This document shows, in pieces, positions 11,426 to 24,514 of a stretch of 64,000 bases of DNA. Each line of letters opens with the position of its first letter. Position 1 is the stretch's first letter. The translations under genes and the position numbers were made by a program. Under the pieces are notes generated by a model that was not told the origin of the DNA, made no database searches, and saw only the letters and a list, made by a program, of their open reading frames with translations. The stretch comes from Mobula hypostoma. Its lineage: Eukaryota. The stretch lies in contig NC_086097.1 of assembly GCF_963921235.1 (NCBI RefSeq), positions 124,001 to 188,000 of the forward strand. Direction: 5' to 3'.

Positions 11426-11748
11426 AATAAGAGGAATAGATAAGAGTGGATAGCCAGCGCCTCTTCCCCAGGGCACCTCTGCTCAATAGAAGGGGACATG
11501 GCTTTAAGGTAAGGGGTGGGAAGTTCAAGGGGGATTACTAGAAGAAGGTTTTTTACTCAGAGAGTGGTTGGTGAGTGGTATGCACTGCCTGAGGCAGTGG
11601 TGGGGGCAGATACACTCGTGAAGTTTAAGAAACTACTAGACAGGTATATGGAGGAATTTAAGGTTGGGGGTTATATGGGAGGCAGTGTTTGAGGGTCGGC
11701 ACAACATTGTGGGCTGAAGGGCCTGTAATGTGCTGTACTATTCTATGT
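11426..11748 (+). mobile_element. CR1 3' end (subfamily B)
   Basis: Inverted copy of 8262-8585. Confidence 0.88.
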
Positions 11749-11759
11749 AATCTATCTAT

Positions 11760-13525
11760 GAGAGTGAGTATAGAACCGCTAGAAAATGAGACAGGAGAAA
11801 TAATAACAGGGGACAAGGAGATAGCTGAGGAACCAAATGAGTATTTTGAATCGGACTTCACTGTGGAAGACACTAGCAGTGTGCCTGATATTGTAGTGTG
11901 TGAAGGAAGAGAAGTGGGTGCAGTACCTATTACAAGAGAGAAGGTGCTTAAAAATCTGAAAGACCTAAAGGTACATAAGTAACCTGTACCAGATGAACTA
12001 CACCCTAAGGTTCTGAAAGCGGTAACATTAGAGATTGTGGTGGCACTAGAAATGATCTTTCAAAAATCATTGGACTCCCGCATGGTGCCAGAGGACTGGA
12101 AAACTGCAAATATCACTCCACTCTTTAAGAAAGAAGGAAGGCAGCAGAAAGGAAATTATAAACCAGTTAGCCTGACCTCAGTGGTTGGGAAGATGGTGGA
12201 GTCAAATGTTAAGGATGAGGTGACGGTGTACTTGATGACACAGGACAAGATTTTCTTCAGGGAAAATCCTGCCTGACAAACCTGTTTGAATTCTTTGAGG
12301 AGATTACAAGTCAGATAGATAAAGGGGATGTTGTATATTTGGACTTTCAGAAGACCTTTGACAAGGTGCTACACATGAGGCTGCTTAACAAGTTAACAGC
12401 CCATGCATTACAGAAAAGTTAATAATATGGTTAGAGCATTGCCAGATTGGTAGGAGGCAGCAAGTGGGAATAAAAGGATCCTTTTCTGGCTGGCTGTCAG
12501 TGATGAATGGTGTTCCGCAGGGGTCGGTGTTGGGGCCACTTGTTTTTATGCTGTATATCAATGCTTTAGATGATGGAATAGATGGCTTTGTTGCCAAGTT
12601 TGCAGATGATACGAAGATTGGTGGAGGGGCAGGTAGTGTTGGGGAAACAGGTAGGATGCAGTGGGACTTAGACAGATTAGGAAAATGGGCAAGAAAGAGG
12701 CAAGTGAAATACAATGTTGGAAAATGCTTGGTCATGCACTTTGGTAGTTGATATAAATGTGAGGGTTATTTTCTAAACCGGGAGAAAATCCAGGAATCTG
12801 AGATGCAAAGGGACATGGGAGAACTTGTGCAGAACACCCTGAAGGTTAACTTGCAGGTTGAGTTGGTGGTGAGGAAGGAAATACCATGTTAGCATTCATT
12901 TCAAGAGGTCCAGAATACAAGAGCAAGGATGTGATGCTGAGGCTTTATAAGGCACTGGTGAGGCCTCACCTTGAGTATTGTGAACAGTTTTGGTCCCCTC
13001 ATCTTAGAAAAGATGTGCTGGCTTTGGAGATGGTCCAGAGGGATTCACGAGATGATTCCAAGAATGAAAGGGTTATCAATCGAGGAATGTTTGATAGCTC
13101 TGGGTCTGTACTTGCTGAAATTTAGAAGGTTGAGGAGGGATCACATTGAAACCTTTTGAATGTTGAAAGACCTAGACAGTGTAGATGTGGAAAGGATTTT
13201 TCCCAATGGAGGGGAGTCTAACACAAGAGGGCACCACTTCTGGATGGAGGGACATCCATTTAAAAAAGAGATGCAGAGAAATTTCTTTAACCAGAAGGTA
13301 GAAAATTTGTGGAATTTATTACGACAGGCAGTCATGGAGGCCAGGTCATTGAGTTTATTTAAGGCAGAGATTGATAGGTCCTTGATTGGACATCACATCA
13401 AAAGTTATGGGAAGAAAGTTGTGGAGTGGGCTGAGGAGGAGAAAAAAAAACGATCAGCCATGATTGAATGGCGGAGCAGACTCGATGGGCCAGATGGTCT
13501 AATTCTGCTCCCGTGTCTTATGGTT
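11760..13525 (+). mobile_element. CR1 (subfamily C), decayed RT and 3' end
   Basis: WKTANITPLFKK, GVPQGSVLGP and KFADDTK motifs with stops and frameshifts. Confidence 0.9.
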
Positions 13526-13599
13526 TCAATGAGATCTTCCTCCATTCTTCTAAATTCCAGTGCGTACAGGCTCAAAGCTGCCAAATGTGCCTCATATCT

Positions 13600-14325
13600 T
13601 AGAAACATAGAAAAACTACTGCACAATACAGGCCCTTCAGCCCACAATGCTGTGCCGAACATGCACTTACTTTAGAAATTACCTAGGGTTACCCATAGCC
13701 TTCTATTTTTCTAAGCTCCATGTACCTATCCAGGAGTCTCTGAAAAGACCCTATCATATCCGCCTCCACCACCATCGCCAGCAGCCCATTCCACGCACTC
13801 CCCACTCTCTGAGTAAAACTTACTCCGGACATCTCTGTACCTACTTCCAAGCACCTTAATTAAAACTGTGCCCTCTCGTGTTAGCCATTTCAGACCTGGG
13901 AAAAAGCCTCTGACTATCCACACGATCAATGCCTCTTATCATCTTATATACCTCTATCAGGTCACCTCTTATCCTCTGTCGCTCCAAGGAGAAAAGGCTG
14001 AGTTCACTCAACCTATTCTCATAAGGTATGCTCCCCAATCCAGGCAACATCCTTGTAAATCTCCTCTGCATCTTTTCTGTAGTTTCCATATCCTTCCCGT
14101 AGTGAGGTGACCAGAACTGAGCACAGTACTCCAAGTGGGGTCTGACCAGGGTTCTATATAGCTGTAACATTACCTCTCGGCCCTTAAACTCAATCCCACA
14201 GTTGATGAAGGCCAATGCACCATTTGCCTTCTTAACCACACAGTCAACCTGCGTAGCAGCTTTGAGTGTCCTATGGACTCGGACCCTAAAATCCCACTGA
14301 TCCTCCACACTGCCAAGAGTCTTGG
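13600..14325 (-). mobile_element. CR1 3' fragment (subfamily D)
   Basis: LYRTLVRPHLEYCAQFWSP; tail AGAAACATAG. Confidence 0.9.
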
Positions 14326-14419
14326 GGTGTATTACAAATCTCTTAGTAGTCAATAGGTGATAGAGGAAAAGATGTGCAAATAGCAAACAGATGCAATATA
14401 AGGATGTTATAGGCATGGG

Positions 14420-14945
14420 TGGTAATAGGGACAAGCTCCCAATGGCACACGGCCCAAATAGCCTCTGACAATCAAGTCCAGCGTCTGGTCTTCACGTACT
14501 AAGCTTGGCAGAACCATTTCTACTGACATGAGAAAGGGCAAAGGCGGGTTACTGGTGCCTTAAAATCAGTCACTTCAGGCAGATGGGGCTCATCAGCCAT
14601 GGTTAGCAGTTCATCTAAGAGAAGGAAATTGATTTCAAGCCTCTGCTACCTTGTGGCTATAACCACTCATGGGGAAGGCTTTGGGAGTAAACCCCAAGGA
14701 AAAAATCAGGAGCTGGAGTCCCTAAGACAGTCCTACATTGAGCTCAATGCCAACTGGCAACTCCAGCAATGCTGCTGGTACCAAACTGTATCGGTCTCTG
14801 TCATTCCTTTGAGTTCATCAGATGCATGGAGAGGGAGAGCTTGCTACATGGGCAACAGCTTGCTCTCCATATCGTACTGCCCAGGCTTGCGTATCTAGAC
14901 AGCTGGGACGCAATATCCATGGTCAACTCTGACCAACGGAGGCCC
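14420..14945. repeat. Probable interspersed repeat, possibly an RTE-like 5' region; unclassified
   Basis: Composition and motifs recall RTE-type leaders; no second copy in the window to confirm. Confidence 0.3.
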
Positions 14946-15422
14946 TTGACTTTCACTACTTGACTAGCTCCATTTCCATAAGATGAAGTTCTGTAATTCT
15001 CCTTCCATTGTTGGTTACTCTATCAAAAGGCTCTCCTGGAAACATTTCAAAAATTCCACTCCCTGAACCTTTAAGGCCAAGGCACTTCCAGTTAATATTC
15101 AGTGAACTGAAAACTGCAGTACTACAACCCTAATGTTACTGCATCTCTTTGTTATTTGCACATCTTCGCCTCTGTCACCTATTGACTAAGAAATTTGTAA
15201 TACACCCATGACAGTCCTTTTTTCAGGGTTTTGCTGGCTTTCTTTGTTTTGTGACTTTTTGTAAGGTGAGAAAACTCAAAGTTGTATAAAATATACATAC
15301 TTTGATAAGAAATGTACTTTGATGTCTGAACATCCCTCAATCCTCTGAGCCACACAGGTGCAAAGAAAATTCATAACACAAGAGTTTTAGCACATCTAGC
15401 TTTTCTAAGCCTGCAACATTAC

Positions 15423-15556
15423 CTGTTAAATTCCTGAATGACATTCAGGACCTGAGCAGAGAGAGTGTCGTTCTGTGAGGACATGCCAAGATTTTTCAGT
15501 TTCATCTGAAGTTCTTCCACTCGCGATTCCACTGCTAAAATTGAAGACCTGGTGAT
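15423..15556 (-). CDS. SYNE3: Nesprin-3 internal exon (ITRSSILAVESRVEELQMKLKNL...VIQEFN-R), absent from the ORF track
   Basis: tttAG|ATC acceptor and AG|GTaatg donor; 134 nt, ends in phase 2, which matches the next exon; resembles nesprin-3 ATRAALASEEPRVDRLQAQLKEL...IQEYQS. Confidence 0.85.
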
Positions 15557-15913
15557 CTAAATCAGGAAGGAAAGACGGTGAGATAAAAATGTCTTAATAA
15601 GAACAGAGACAGTTTGGAGTGGTGCAACCTCAAAAAAAGACCTCATTGGACTTGATTTCCTGCTTAGTCATTAATTTGGACAAGGTCTGTCAATGCGACT
15701 GGAACAGAAGTGGGAGGTTTAGCAAGAATTAGAGTTCAAGAAGATGGTCTGGAATTTATTCCCACACCCATTACCTTGCTAATTATTTAATTTTCTTCCA
15801 ATAATTTGAGGACTTACAAAACTTGCAAATAAGTGGAGCATTCCTGCACAGTGTAGGGCCAGGTATGGGCAGACATGTGCCTAGAATATTTGTACCAATT
15901 AAGTGCTAGGTAA

Positions 15914-16080
15914 TGGCCATTTTCATCAGTCTGACACCCTCACGTTTAATCTCTATCATCGACAATGGCCATTTCCATCAGTCTGACACCTACCCTCACG
16001 TTCAATCTCTCTCTATCATCCATGATGGCCATTTCCATCAGTCTGACACCTACCCTCACGTTCAATCTCTCTATCATCCA
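15914..16080. repeat. Tandem repeat, about 52-60 bp unit, 3 copies
   Basis: ATGGCCATTTCCATCAGTCTGACACCTACCCTCACGTTCAATCTCTCTATCATC repeated. Confidence 0.92.
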
Positions 16081-16509
16081 CAAGGCATGGTGGCACAACA
16101 GGCCCAAATCATTGCCTGCTTCTCTTTCCATACACATTATCTGACCTGTGAAGCATTACCAGCAACTTCTGCTGTTATTTCACACCATCTCCACATCCAC
16201 TCTATCCAACTCAGAAATGATCTTCCAGAAAGATGATGGTGCACTTGAACTCAGCAGCTACTCCAGGTCTAATCAAAGGTGTCTTTGTCTTGTAAGTCAC
16301 TGATGGACATTAAGAACATCAAGTACAGCAGGACTATCTCATCAGCAAGGTGCCCAATAGTGATGGATCTGAACTTATTGTGTACCATTCTTGTGTTGTC
16401 ACCTTGACATGTTGTGCACCGTTGGATGGTGCATGGTGCAAGTGATTGTCTTGGACGTTTTCTTTATGATCGCAAGACCCTGTTGGATATTGGTAGCGTA
16501 GAATACTTC

Positions 16510-16730
16510 AGAGGACTGGAAAGTTGCAAATGTCACTCCACTGTTTAAGGAGGAAGGCAGCAGAAAAGAAATTACAGACCAGTTAGCCTGACCTCAGTGG
16601 CTGGGAAGATGTTGGGAGACAATTGTTAAGGGTAAGGTGATGGACTACTTGGTACACAGGACAAGATAGCACAAAGTCAGCATGGTTTCCTTCAGGGAAA
16701 ATCCTGCCTAACGAACCTGTTGAAATTCTA
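16510..16730 (+). mobile_element. CR1 RT fragment (subfamily C)
   Basis: Matches 12090-12295. Confidence 0.8.
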
Positions 16731-16732
16731 TG

Positions 16733-19700
16733 AACATACAAGATAGAATAGTACAGCACAGTACAGGCCCGTTGGCCCACAATGTTGTGCCGACCCTCAA
16801 ACCCTGCCTCCCATATAAGCCCCCACCTTAAATTCCTCCATATACCTGTCTGGTAGTCTCTTAAACTTCACTAGTGTATCTGCCTCCACCACTGACTCAG
16901 GCAGTGCATTCAACGCAACAACCACTCTCTGAGTAAAAATCCTTCCTCTAATATCCCCCTTGAACTTCCCACCCCTTACCTTAAAGCCATGTCCCCTTCT
17001 ATTGAGCAGAGGTGCCCTGGGGAAGAGGCGCTGGCTATCCACTCTATCTATTCCTCTTATTACCTTGTACACCTCTATCATGTCTCCTCTCATCCTCCTT
17101 CTCTCCAAAGAGTAAAGCCCCAGCTCCCTTAATCTCCGATCATAATGCATACTCTCTAAACCAGGCAGTATCCTGGTAAATCTCCTCTATACCCTTTCCA
17201 ATGCTTCAACATCCTTCCTATAGTGAGGCGACGAGAAATGGACATAGTACTCCAAGTGTGGCCTAACCAGAGTTTCATAGAGCTGCACCATTATATCGCG
17301 ACTCTTAAACTCTATCCCTTGACTTATGAAAGCTAACACCCTATAAGCTTTCTTAACTACCCTATCCACCTGTGAGGCAACTTTCAGGGATCTGTGGACA
17401 TGTACCCCCAGATCCCTCTGCTCCTCCACACTACCAAGTATCCTGCCATTTACTTTGTACTCTGCCTTGGAGTTTGTCCTACCAAAGTGCACCACCTCAC
17501 ACTTCTCCAGGTTGAGCTCCATCTGCCACTTCTCAGCCCACTTCTGCATCCTATCAATGGCTTTCTGCAATCTTTGACAATCCTCTACACTATCTACAAC
17601 ACCACCCACCTTTGTGTCGTCTGCAAACTTGCCAACCCACCCTTCTACCCCCACATCCAGGTCGTTAATAAAAATCACGAAAAGTAGAGGTCCCAGAACA
17701 GACCCTTGTGCGACTCCACTAGTCACAATCCTCCAATCTGAATGTACTCCCTCCACCACGACCCTCTGCCTTCTGCAGGCAAGCCAATTCTGAATCCACC
17801 TGGCCAAACATCCCTGGATCCCATGCCTTCTGACTTTCTGAATAAGCCTACTGTGTGGAACCTTGTCAAATGCTTTACTAAAATCCATATAGATCACATC
17901 CACTGCACTACCCTCATCTATATGCCTGGTCACCTCCTCAAAGAACTCTATCAGGCTTGTTAGACACGATCTGCCTTTCACAAAGCCATGCTGACTGTCC
18001 CTGATCAGACCATGATTCTCTAAATGCCCATAGATCCTATCTCTAAGAATCTTTTCCAACAGCTTTCCCACCACAGACGTAAGGCTCACTGGTCTATAAT
18101 TACCCGGACTATCCCTACTACCTTTTTTGAACAAGGGGACAACATTCGCCTCCCTCCAATCCTCCGGTACCATTCCCATGGACAACAAGGACATAAAGAT
18201 CCTAGCCAGAGGCTCAGCAATCTCTTCCCTTGCCTCGTGGAGCAGCCTGGGGAATATTCCATCAGGCCCAGGGGACTTAACCGTCCTAATGTATTTTAAC
18301 AACTCCAACACCTCCTCTCCCTTAATATCAACATGCTCCAGAACATCAACCTGACTCATATTATCCTCACCATCATCAAGTTCCCTCTCATTGGTGAATA
18401 CTGAAGAGAAGTATTCATTGAGGACCTCGCTCACTTCCACAGCCTCCAGGCACATCTTCCCATCTTTACCTCTAATCGGTCCTACCTTCACTCCTGTCAT
18501 CCTTTTGTTCTTCCCATAATTGAAGAATGCCTTGGGGTTTTCCTTTACCCTACTTGCCAAGGTCTTCTCATGCCCCCTTCTTGCTCTTCTCAGCCCCTTC
18601 TTAAGCTCCTTTCTTGCTTCCCTATATTCCTCAATAGACCCATCTGATCCCTGCTTCCTAAACCTCATGTATGCTGCCTTCTTCCACCTGACTAGATTTT
18701 CCACCTCACTTGTCACCCATGGTTCCTTCACCCTACCATTCTTTATCTTCCTCACCGGGACAAATTTATCCCTATCATCCTGCAAGAGATCTCTAAACAT
18801 CGACCACATGTCCATAGTACATTTCGCTGCAAAAACATCATCCCAATTCATACCCGCAAGTTCTAGCCTTATAGCGTCATCATTTGCCCTTCCCCAATTA
18901 AAAATTTTCCTGTCCTCTCTGATTCTATCCTTTTCCATGATAATGCCAAAGGCCAGGGAGCAGTGGTCACTGTCCCCCAGATGCTTACCCACTGAGAGAT
19001 CTGTGACCTGACCCGGTTCATTACCTAGTACTAGATCTAGTATAGCATTCCCTCTAGCCGGCCTGTCCACATACTGTGACAGGAATCCGTCCTGGACACA
19101 CTGAACAAATTCTGCCCAATCTAAACCCTTGGAACTAATCAGGTGCCAATCAATATTAGGGAACTTAAAGTCACCCATGATAACAACCCTGTTATTTTTG
19201 CACCTTTCCAAAATCTGCCTCCAAATCTGCTCCTCTGTATCTCTGCTGCTACCAGGGGGCCTATAGAATACCCCCAATAGAGTAACTGCTCCCTTCCTGT
19301 TCCTGACTTCCACCCATACTGACTCAAAAGAGGATCCTGCTACATTATCCACCCTTTCTGTAGCTGTAATAGTATCCCTGACCAGTAATGCCACCCCTTC
19401 CCCCCTTTTTCCGCCCTCCCTATCCCTTTTAAAACACTGAAATCCAGGAATATTGAGAATCCATTCCTGCCCTGGTGCCAGCCAAGTCTCTGTAATGGTC
19501 ACTACATCATAATTCCATGTATGTATCCAAGCTCTCAGTTCATCACCTTTGTTCCTGATGCTTCTTGCATTGAGGTACACATATTTCAGCCCTTCTACCT
19601 TACTGTCTTTACACCGTTTATTCTGCTTCTCTTTCCTCAAAGTCTCTCTATATGTTAGATCTGGCTTTATTCCATGCACTTCTTTCACTGCTCTATCGCT

Positions 19701-20032
19701 CTGGGTCCCATCCCCTTTGCAAATTAGTTTAAACCCTCCCGAACCATGCCAGCGAACCTACCTGCAAGGATATTGTTCCCCCTTGAGTTCAGGTGCAATC
19801 CATCCAATCTGTACAGGTCCCACCTTCCCCAGAAGAGATCCCAATGATCCAAAAATCTAAAACCCTGCTCCCTGCACCAACTCCTCAGCCACGTATTCAA
19901 CTGCCATCTCCTCTAATTCTTACCATCACTGTCACGCAGCACTTGCAGCAATCCTGAGAACGCCACCCTTGAGGTCCTGTTCTTCAGCCTTCTGCCTAGT
20001 TCCCGAAACTCACACTTCAGGACCTCATCCCT
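16733..20032 (-). mobile_element. CR1 (subfamily B): ORF1 3' end plus essentially complete ORF2 (16797-19688) with one premature stop
   Basis: 833-aa EN+RT ORF ending at TAG 17187-17189; the reading frame continues to 16797. Confidence 0.96.
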
Positions 20033-20446
20033 AGTATTCCCTGCTCCTAGCAAAACAATAAATCCACAATATTCCCTGTTCCTGGTAGAATAATAATTAC
20101 AGTCTTCCCTGTTCCCAGCAGAACAATATATCCACAGTATTCCCTGTTCCTATGAGATCAATAGATCCACAGACTTCCCTGATCCTGTTAGAACAATAAA
20201 TCCACATTCTTCCCCGATCCTGAGAGAACAATAAATCCACAGCCTTCCCTTTTCCTGTTAGAACAATAAAACCACAGTCTTCCCTGTTCCTGTTAGAACA
20301 ATAAATCCACAGTCTTCTCTGTTCCTGTTAGAACAATAAATCCACAGTCTTCCCTGTTCCTGTTAGAACAATAAATCCACAGTCTTCCCTGTTCCTGTTA
20401 GAACAATAAATCCACAGTCTTCCCTTTTCCTGGGAGAACAATAAAC
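20033..20446. repeat. 35-bp minisatellite, about 12 copies
   Basis: Unit ATAAATCCACAGTCTTCCCTGTTCCTGTTAGAACA. Confidence 0.95.
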
Positions 20447-20474
20447 ACTATTTATTTATTTATTAATTAAATGG

Positions 20475-22450
20475 AAGTTCACGCAAATGATTCCAGGATT
20501 GAATGGCTTGCAATATTAAGAGTATTTGATGCCTCTGGACTGTATTCACTGGAAGTCAGAAGAATGAGGAGTGATCTAATTGGAACCTAATGGATGGTAA
20601 AACGCCTTGATAGAGTGGATGTGGCAAAGTTGTTTCCCATGATGGGGGAGTCTAGTACGGGAGGGCATGACTTAAGGATTGAAGGGCGCCCATTCAGAAC
20701 AGAAATGCGAAGAAATTTTTTTAGCCAGAGGGTGGTGAATCTATGGAATTTGTTGCATGGGCAGCAGTGGAGGTCGAGTCATTCGGTGTATTTAAGGGAG
20801 AGATTGATAGGTATCTGAGTAGCCAAGGCATCAAAGGTTATGGTGAGAAGGTGGGGGAGTGGGACTAATTGGGAGAATGGATCAGCTCATGATAAAATGG
20901 TGGAGCAGACTCAATGGGCCGAATGGCCAACTTCTGCTCCTTTGTCTTATGGTCTTACGGATGTTTCCTATGATGAGAAAGTCTAAGACTGGAGGTCACA
21001 TCTACAGAACAGAGGGGTGTGCTTTTAGAATGGAGATGAGGAGGAATTCCTTTAGCCAAAGAGTGGTGAATCTGTGGAATTCTTTGCCACAAGCAGCTGT
21101 GGAGACCAAACCTTTATGGAGTACTTGGTGTTACAAGGCAAGATAGGACCAAGTCAACATGGTTTCCTTAAAGGAAAGCCTTGCCTGACAAACCTGTTGG
21201 AATTCTTCAAGGAGATTATATGTAGGATAGATAAAAGGGATGCAGTGGATGTTGTATACTTGGACTTTCAGAAAGCCTTCGACAAGATGCCACACATGAG
21301 GCTGCTTACCAAGTATTACAGGAAAGTTACTGGCACGGTTAGAGCATTGGCTGATTGGTAGGAGGCAGCGAGGGGGAATAAAAGGGATCGTTTTCTGGTT
21401 GGCTGCCAGTGACTAGTTGTGTTCTGCAGAGGTCGGTGTTGGGACTGCTTCGTTTTTGCTATATATAAATGATTTAGATGATGGAATAGATGGCTTTGTT
21501 GCCAAGTTTGTAGATGATACGAAGATTGGTGGAGGGGGAGGTAGTGTTGAGGAACAGGTAGGCTGCAGAAGGACTTAGGAGAATGGGAAAGAAAGTGGCA
21601 ATTGAAATTTATGTTGGAAAATGCATGATCATGCATTTTGGTAGTAGAACTAAATGTGCAAACTACTTTCTAAATGGGGAGAAAATCCAAAAATCTGAGA
21701 CACAAAGGTACTTGGGAGTCCTCGTGCAGAACACCCCAAAAGTTAACTTGCAGGTTGAGTCGGTGGTGAGGAAGGCAAATGCACTGTTAGCATTCATTTC
21801 AAGAAGTCTGGAATACAAGAGCAGGGATGTGATGCTGAGGCTTTACAAGCTACTACCTAGGCCTCATTTTGAGTATTGTGAACAGTTTTGGGCTCCTCAT
21901 CTAAGAAGGGATTGGCTGCTATTGAAGAGAGTTCAGAGGAGGTTCACAAGGATGATTCCAGGAATGAAAGGGTTATCATACGAGGAACGTTTGATAGCTC
22001 TGGGTCTGTATTCGTGGGAATTCAGAAGGATAAGTGGGGATCTCATTGAAACCTTTTGAATGCTGAAAGGCCTAGACAGAGTAGATGTGGAAAGGATGCT
22101 TCCTATGGTGGGGGAGTCTAGGACAAGAAGACACATCCTCAGGATAGAGGGGCATCAGATTAAAACCAATGCAGAGCATTTTTTTTTAGCCAAAGGGTGG
22201 TGAATTTGTGAAAGTTGTTGCTGCAGGCAGCTGTGGAGGCCAGATCATTGGGTGTATTTAAGGCAGATTCATGGGCCAAATGGCCTAATTCTGCTCCTAT
22301 GTCTTATGGTCTTTAAGTAAATCAATGACAGAGGTTGGTAGATTCTTGATTGTTCAGATCATGAAGGGATACGGGGAGAAGAAACAAGATTGGGGCTGAG
22401 AGGAAAAATAGTTCAGCCATGATGAAATGGTGCTCCTATCTTATGGTCTA
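20475..22450 (+). mobile_element. Stack of CR1 fragments inside the minisatellite
   Basis: 3' end at 20475-20957, short piece at 20958-21110, subfamily C RT/3' end at 21113-22310, tail at 22320-22450. Confidence 0.85.
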
Positions 22451-22660
22451 CTATTCCCTTTTCCTGGCAGAACAATAAATAAATAGTATTCCCTGTTCCT
22501 AGAAGAACAATAAATAAAGTCTTCCCTGTTCCTGGCAGAACAATAAATCCACAAATTTCCCTGTTCCTGACAAAACAGTAAATAAACAGTATTTCCTGCT
22601 GATGGAAGAAGAATAAATTCACATTTTTTCCTGTTCCTGATGAACAATCTCAGATCTTCA
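22451..22660. repeat. Continuation of the 35-bp minisatellite, about 6 diverged copies
   Basis: TTCCCTGTTCCTGGCAGAACAATAAATCCACA units. Confidence 0.88.
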
Positions 22661-23419
22661 CATCCCTGGTACCCAAATACTCTGAACCCTGCCTGACATG
22701 AGTTGTGTATGACAGATCTACCCCCACTGTCTGTGATTTCTGCTGCTCTCCTACCCTTTGATAACACTCTCACTCAGACCTGCTACTACAGCCGTAAGTC
22801 CTCATGGACCCTGCAATCTCTCATCCTTAACACCCTCTTCAAGGTCTTGAAATACCTTTCTAAAACTAAGTGCCTAAAATGGATTGTATTACTTATTTCT
22901 AAATTCAGCAATTGTTCTGTAAAATCTTAGCATGCGTTGCCTTGTTTTGGATGTCATTGGCCCAGTTAGACAACTCAAGTGCCAATATTCTTAAAAACAC
23001 CCTACAGCCATTTAGGATTTATTTTGTATCCACACACTCAACCCCCTCAAAAAGTAAAGCCATTTCCCCCAAGTACACAACAATGAAAGCAAGAACCAGC
23101 CAACATTTAGAAGCAGTACAGGTACACAGAAGTAAGACAGCAGGTGTAAGGATGATCAATATTATGCAACAGTTTAAAGTGGTGAGAGTGGAGAGAGCTG
23201 GCCAAGTGTTTGGTGTTGATTGGGAGGCAAACACGAGAGACTAGCCAGGAACATTAAAAGTGTTAAACATCAGAGTGCAAAATGATGGTAAACTTCAGAA
23301 ACGTAGCTCCAAGGTGAAGTAAAATATCGTGGTCCAGCACAAATCATCAACCAGGAAGGGGCACAACTGGGAAAAAGACCAAAAGCGCCCTGACCCACTC
23401 CCCCTAGGGTACAACTTAC

Positions 23420-23746
23420 CAGACAGTTACGCCACACAATTTCAGGTTCATTCTCATCTGGAGGCTCGAGTTCCAGAGTCTGTAATTGGTCCAATATCTC
23501 AGCCAGCTCTCTCTCCAGCAGCTGAGTCCTGGTTTGATGTTCTAGCACATTCTGCAGTGCTCGTTGTAGGGGGGCCTGATGCCGTTCACACTTCCGTTGC
23601 AGGTCCTCCCAGTCTGTCCTCAGTTGCTCCAAGTCTCTGTTGATATCCTCAGCACCCTTGGGAGATGTGTTCTTTATTACAGCTTCAGCCTGGCTCTTCA
23701 GATTCTCTAGCTCCCCTTCCTTACTACTGATGCTATCACTCAGCTC
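23420..23746 (-). CDS. SYNE3: Nesprin-3 internal exon (ELSDSISSKEGELENLKSQAEAVIKNTSPKGAEDI...VWRNCL)
   Basis: ttgcAG|GAG acceptor and CTG|GTaagt donor; 327 nt, phase 0-0; VIKNTSPKGAE resembles nesprin-3 VIRNTSPLGAE. Confidence 0.9.
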
Positions 23747-24121
23747 CTGCAAGTGTTTAAGGTGAAGTTTACGTGAATAAGGTAACTGAAGAACTCAGAC
23801 TGTGAAAGTAGAAGCTGCAGTTCATTATGCCCATTCACAATATTTCCACTGATACCATGGCTCTATAAGCATAGCCACAAATGCACTACTCCCTCTCCCC
23901 ACCCGTCCCTTCCTCAATCCTCTCCCGCCTCACCACCCCTCCCTCCAGCCAGGGTAAAAAGACAACTGGTGCTTGTCTGGGTAAGCCAGGACACGCTCCT
24001 CTACCCATGGACAATTCACATCCTGCATGGAGAAAGCAAAGAGAAAGGGAATAGGGCAAGAAATGAATATTTTTGGGATACATAAAAAGAAAATGAGTAT
24101 AGCAGTGAGGTCACAAAGGTG

Positions 24122-24514
24122 AACACAAAATAATCTGCAGATGCTGGGATCAAAGCAACACTCACAACACGCTGGAGGAACTCAACAGGGGGGGCAGCAT
24201 CCGTGGAAATGATGAGTCGACGTTTCGGGCCGGAACCCTTCGTCCGGACTGAACAGGGAAGGGGCAGAGGCCCTATAAAGAAGGTGGGGGGAGGGTGAGA
24301 AGGAAAAAGGCTGGTAGGTTCAGTTGAAAAACCAGTAATGTGAAAGACAAAGGGGTGGGGGAGGGGAAGCAGGGAGGTGATAGGCAGGAAAACAATGGGT
24401 AGTAGAAGGAGGCGGAACCATGAGGGAGGTGATAGGCAGCTGGGGGAGGGGGCAGAGTGAAATAGGGATAGAGGAAGGGAAGGGGAGGGAATTACCGGAA
24501 GTTGGAGAATTCTA
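24122..24514 (-). mobile_element. Penelope-like 3' end (PLE subfamily 1): last codons EFSNFR* and 3' UTR
   Basis: Colinear with 9437-9768; hammerhead variant at 24215-24250 (CGGACGA...GAAAC-GTC). Confidence 0.88.

Noticed and set aside
10126..11499. 457-aa ORF that looks like a novel RT fusion
   Set aside because: Chance read-through from CR1 ORF2 into the nested PLE at the TSD; its N-terminus comes from an antisense CR1 tail.
20033..20446. CRISPR-like 35-bp repeat array
   Set aside because: Head-to-tail units without unique spacers, no cas genes, and a vertebrate context: a minisatellite.
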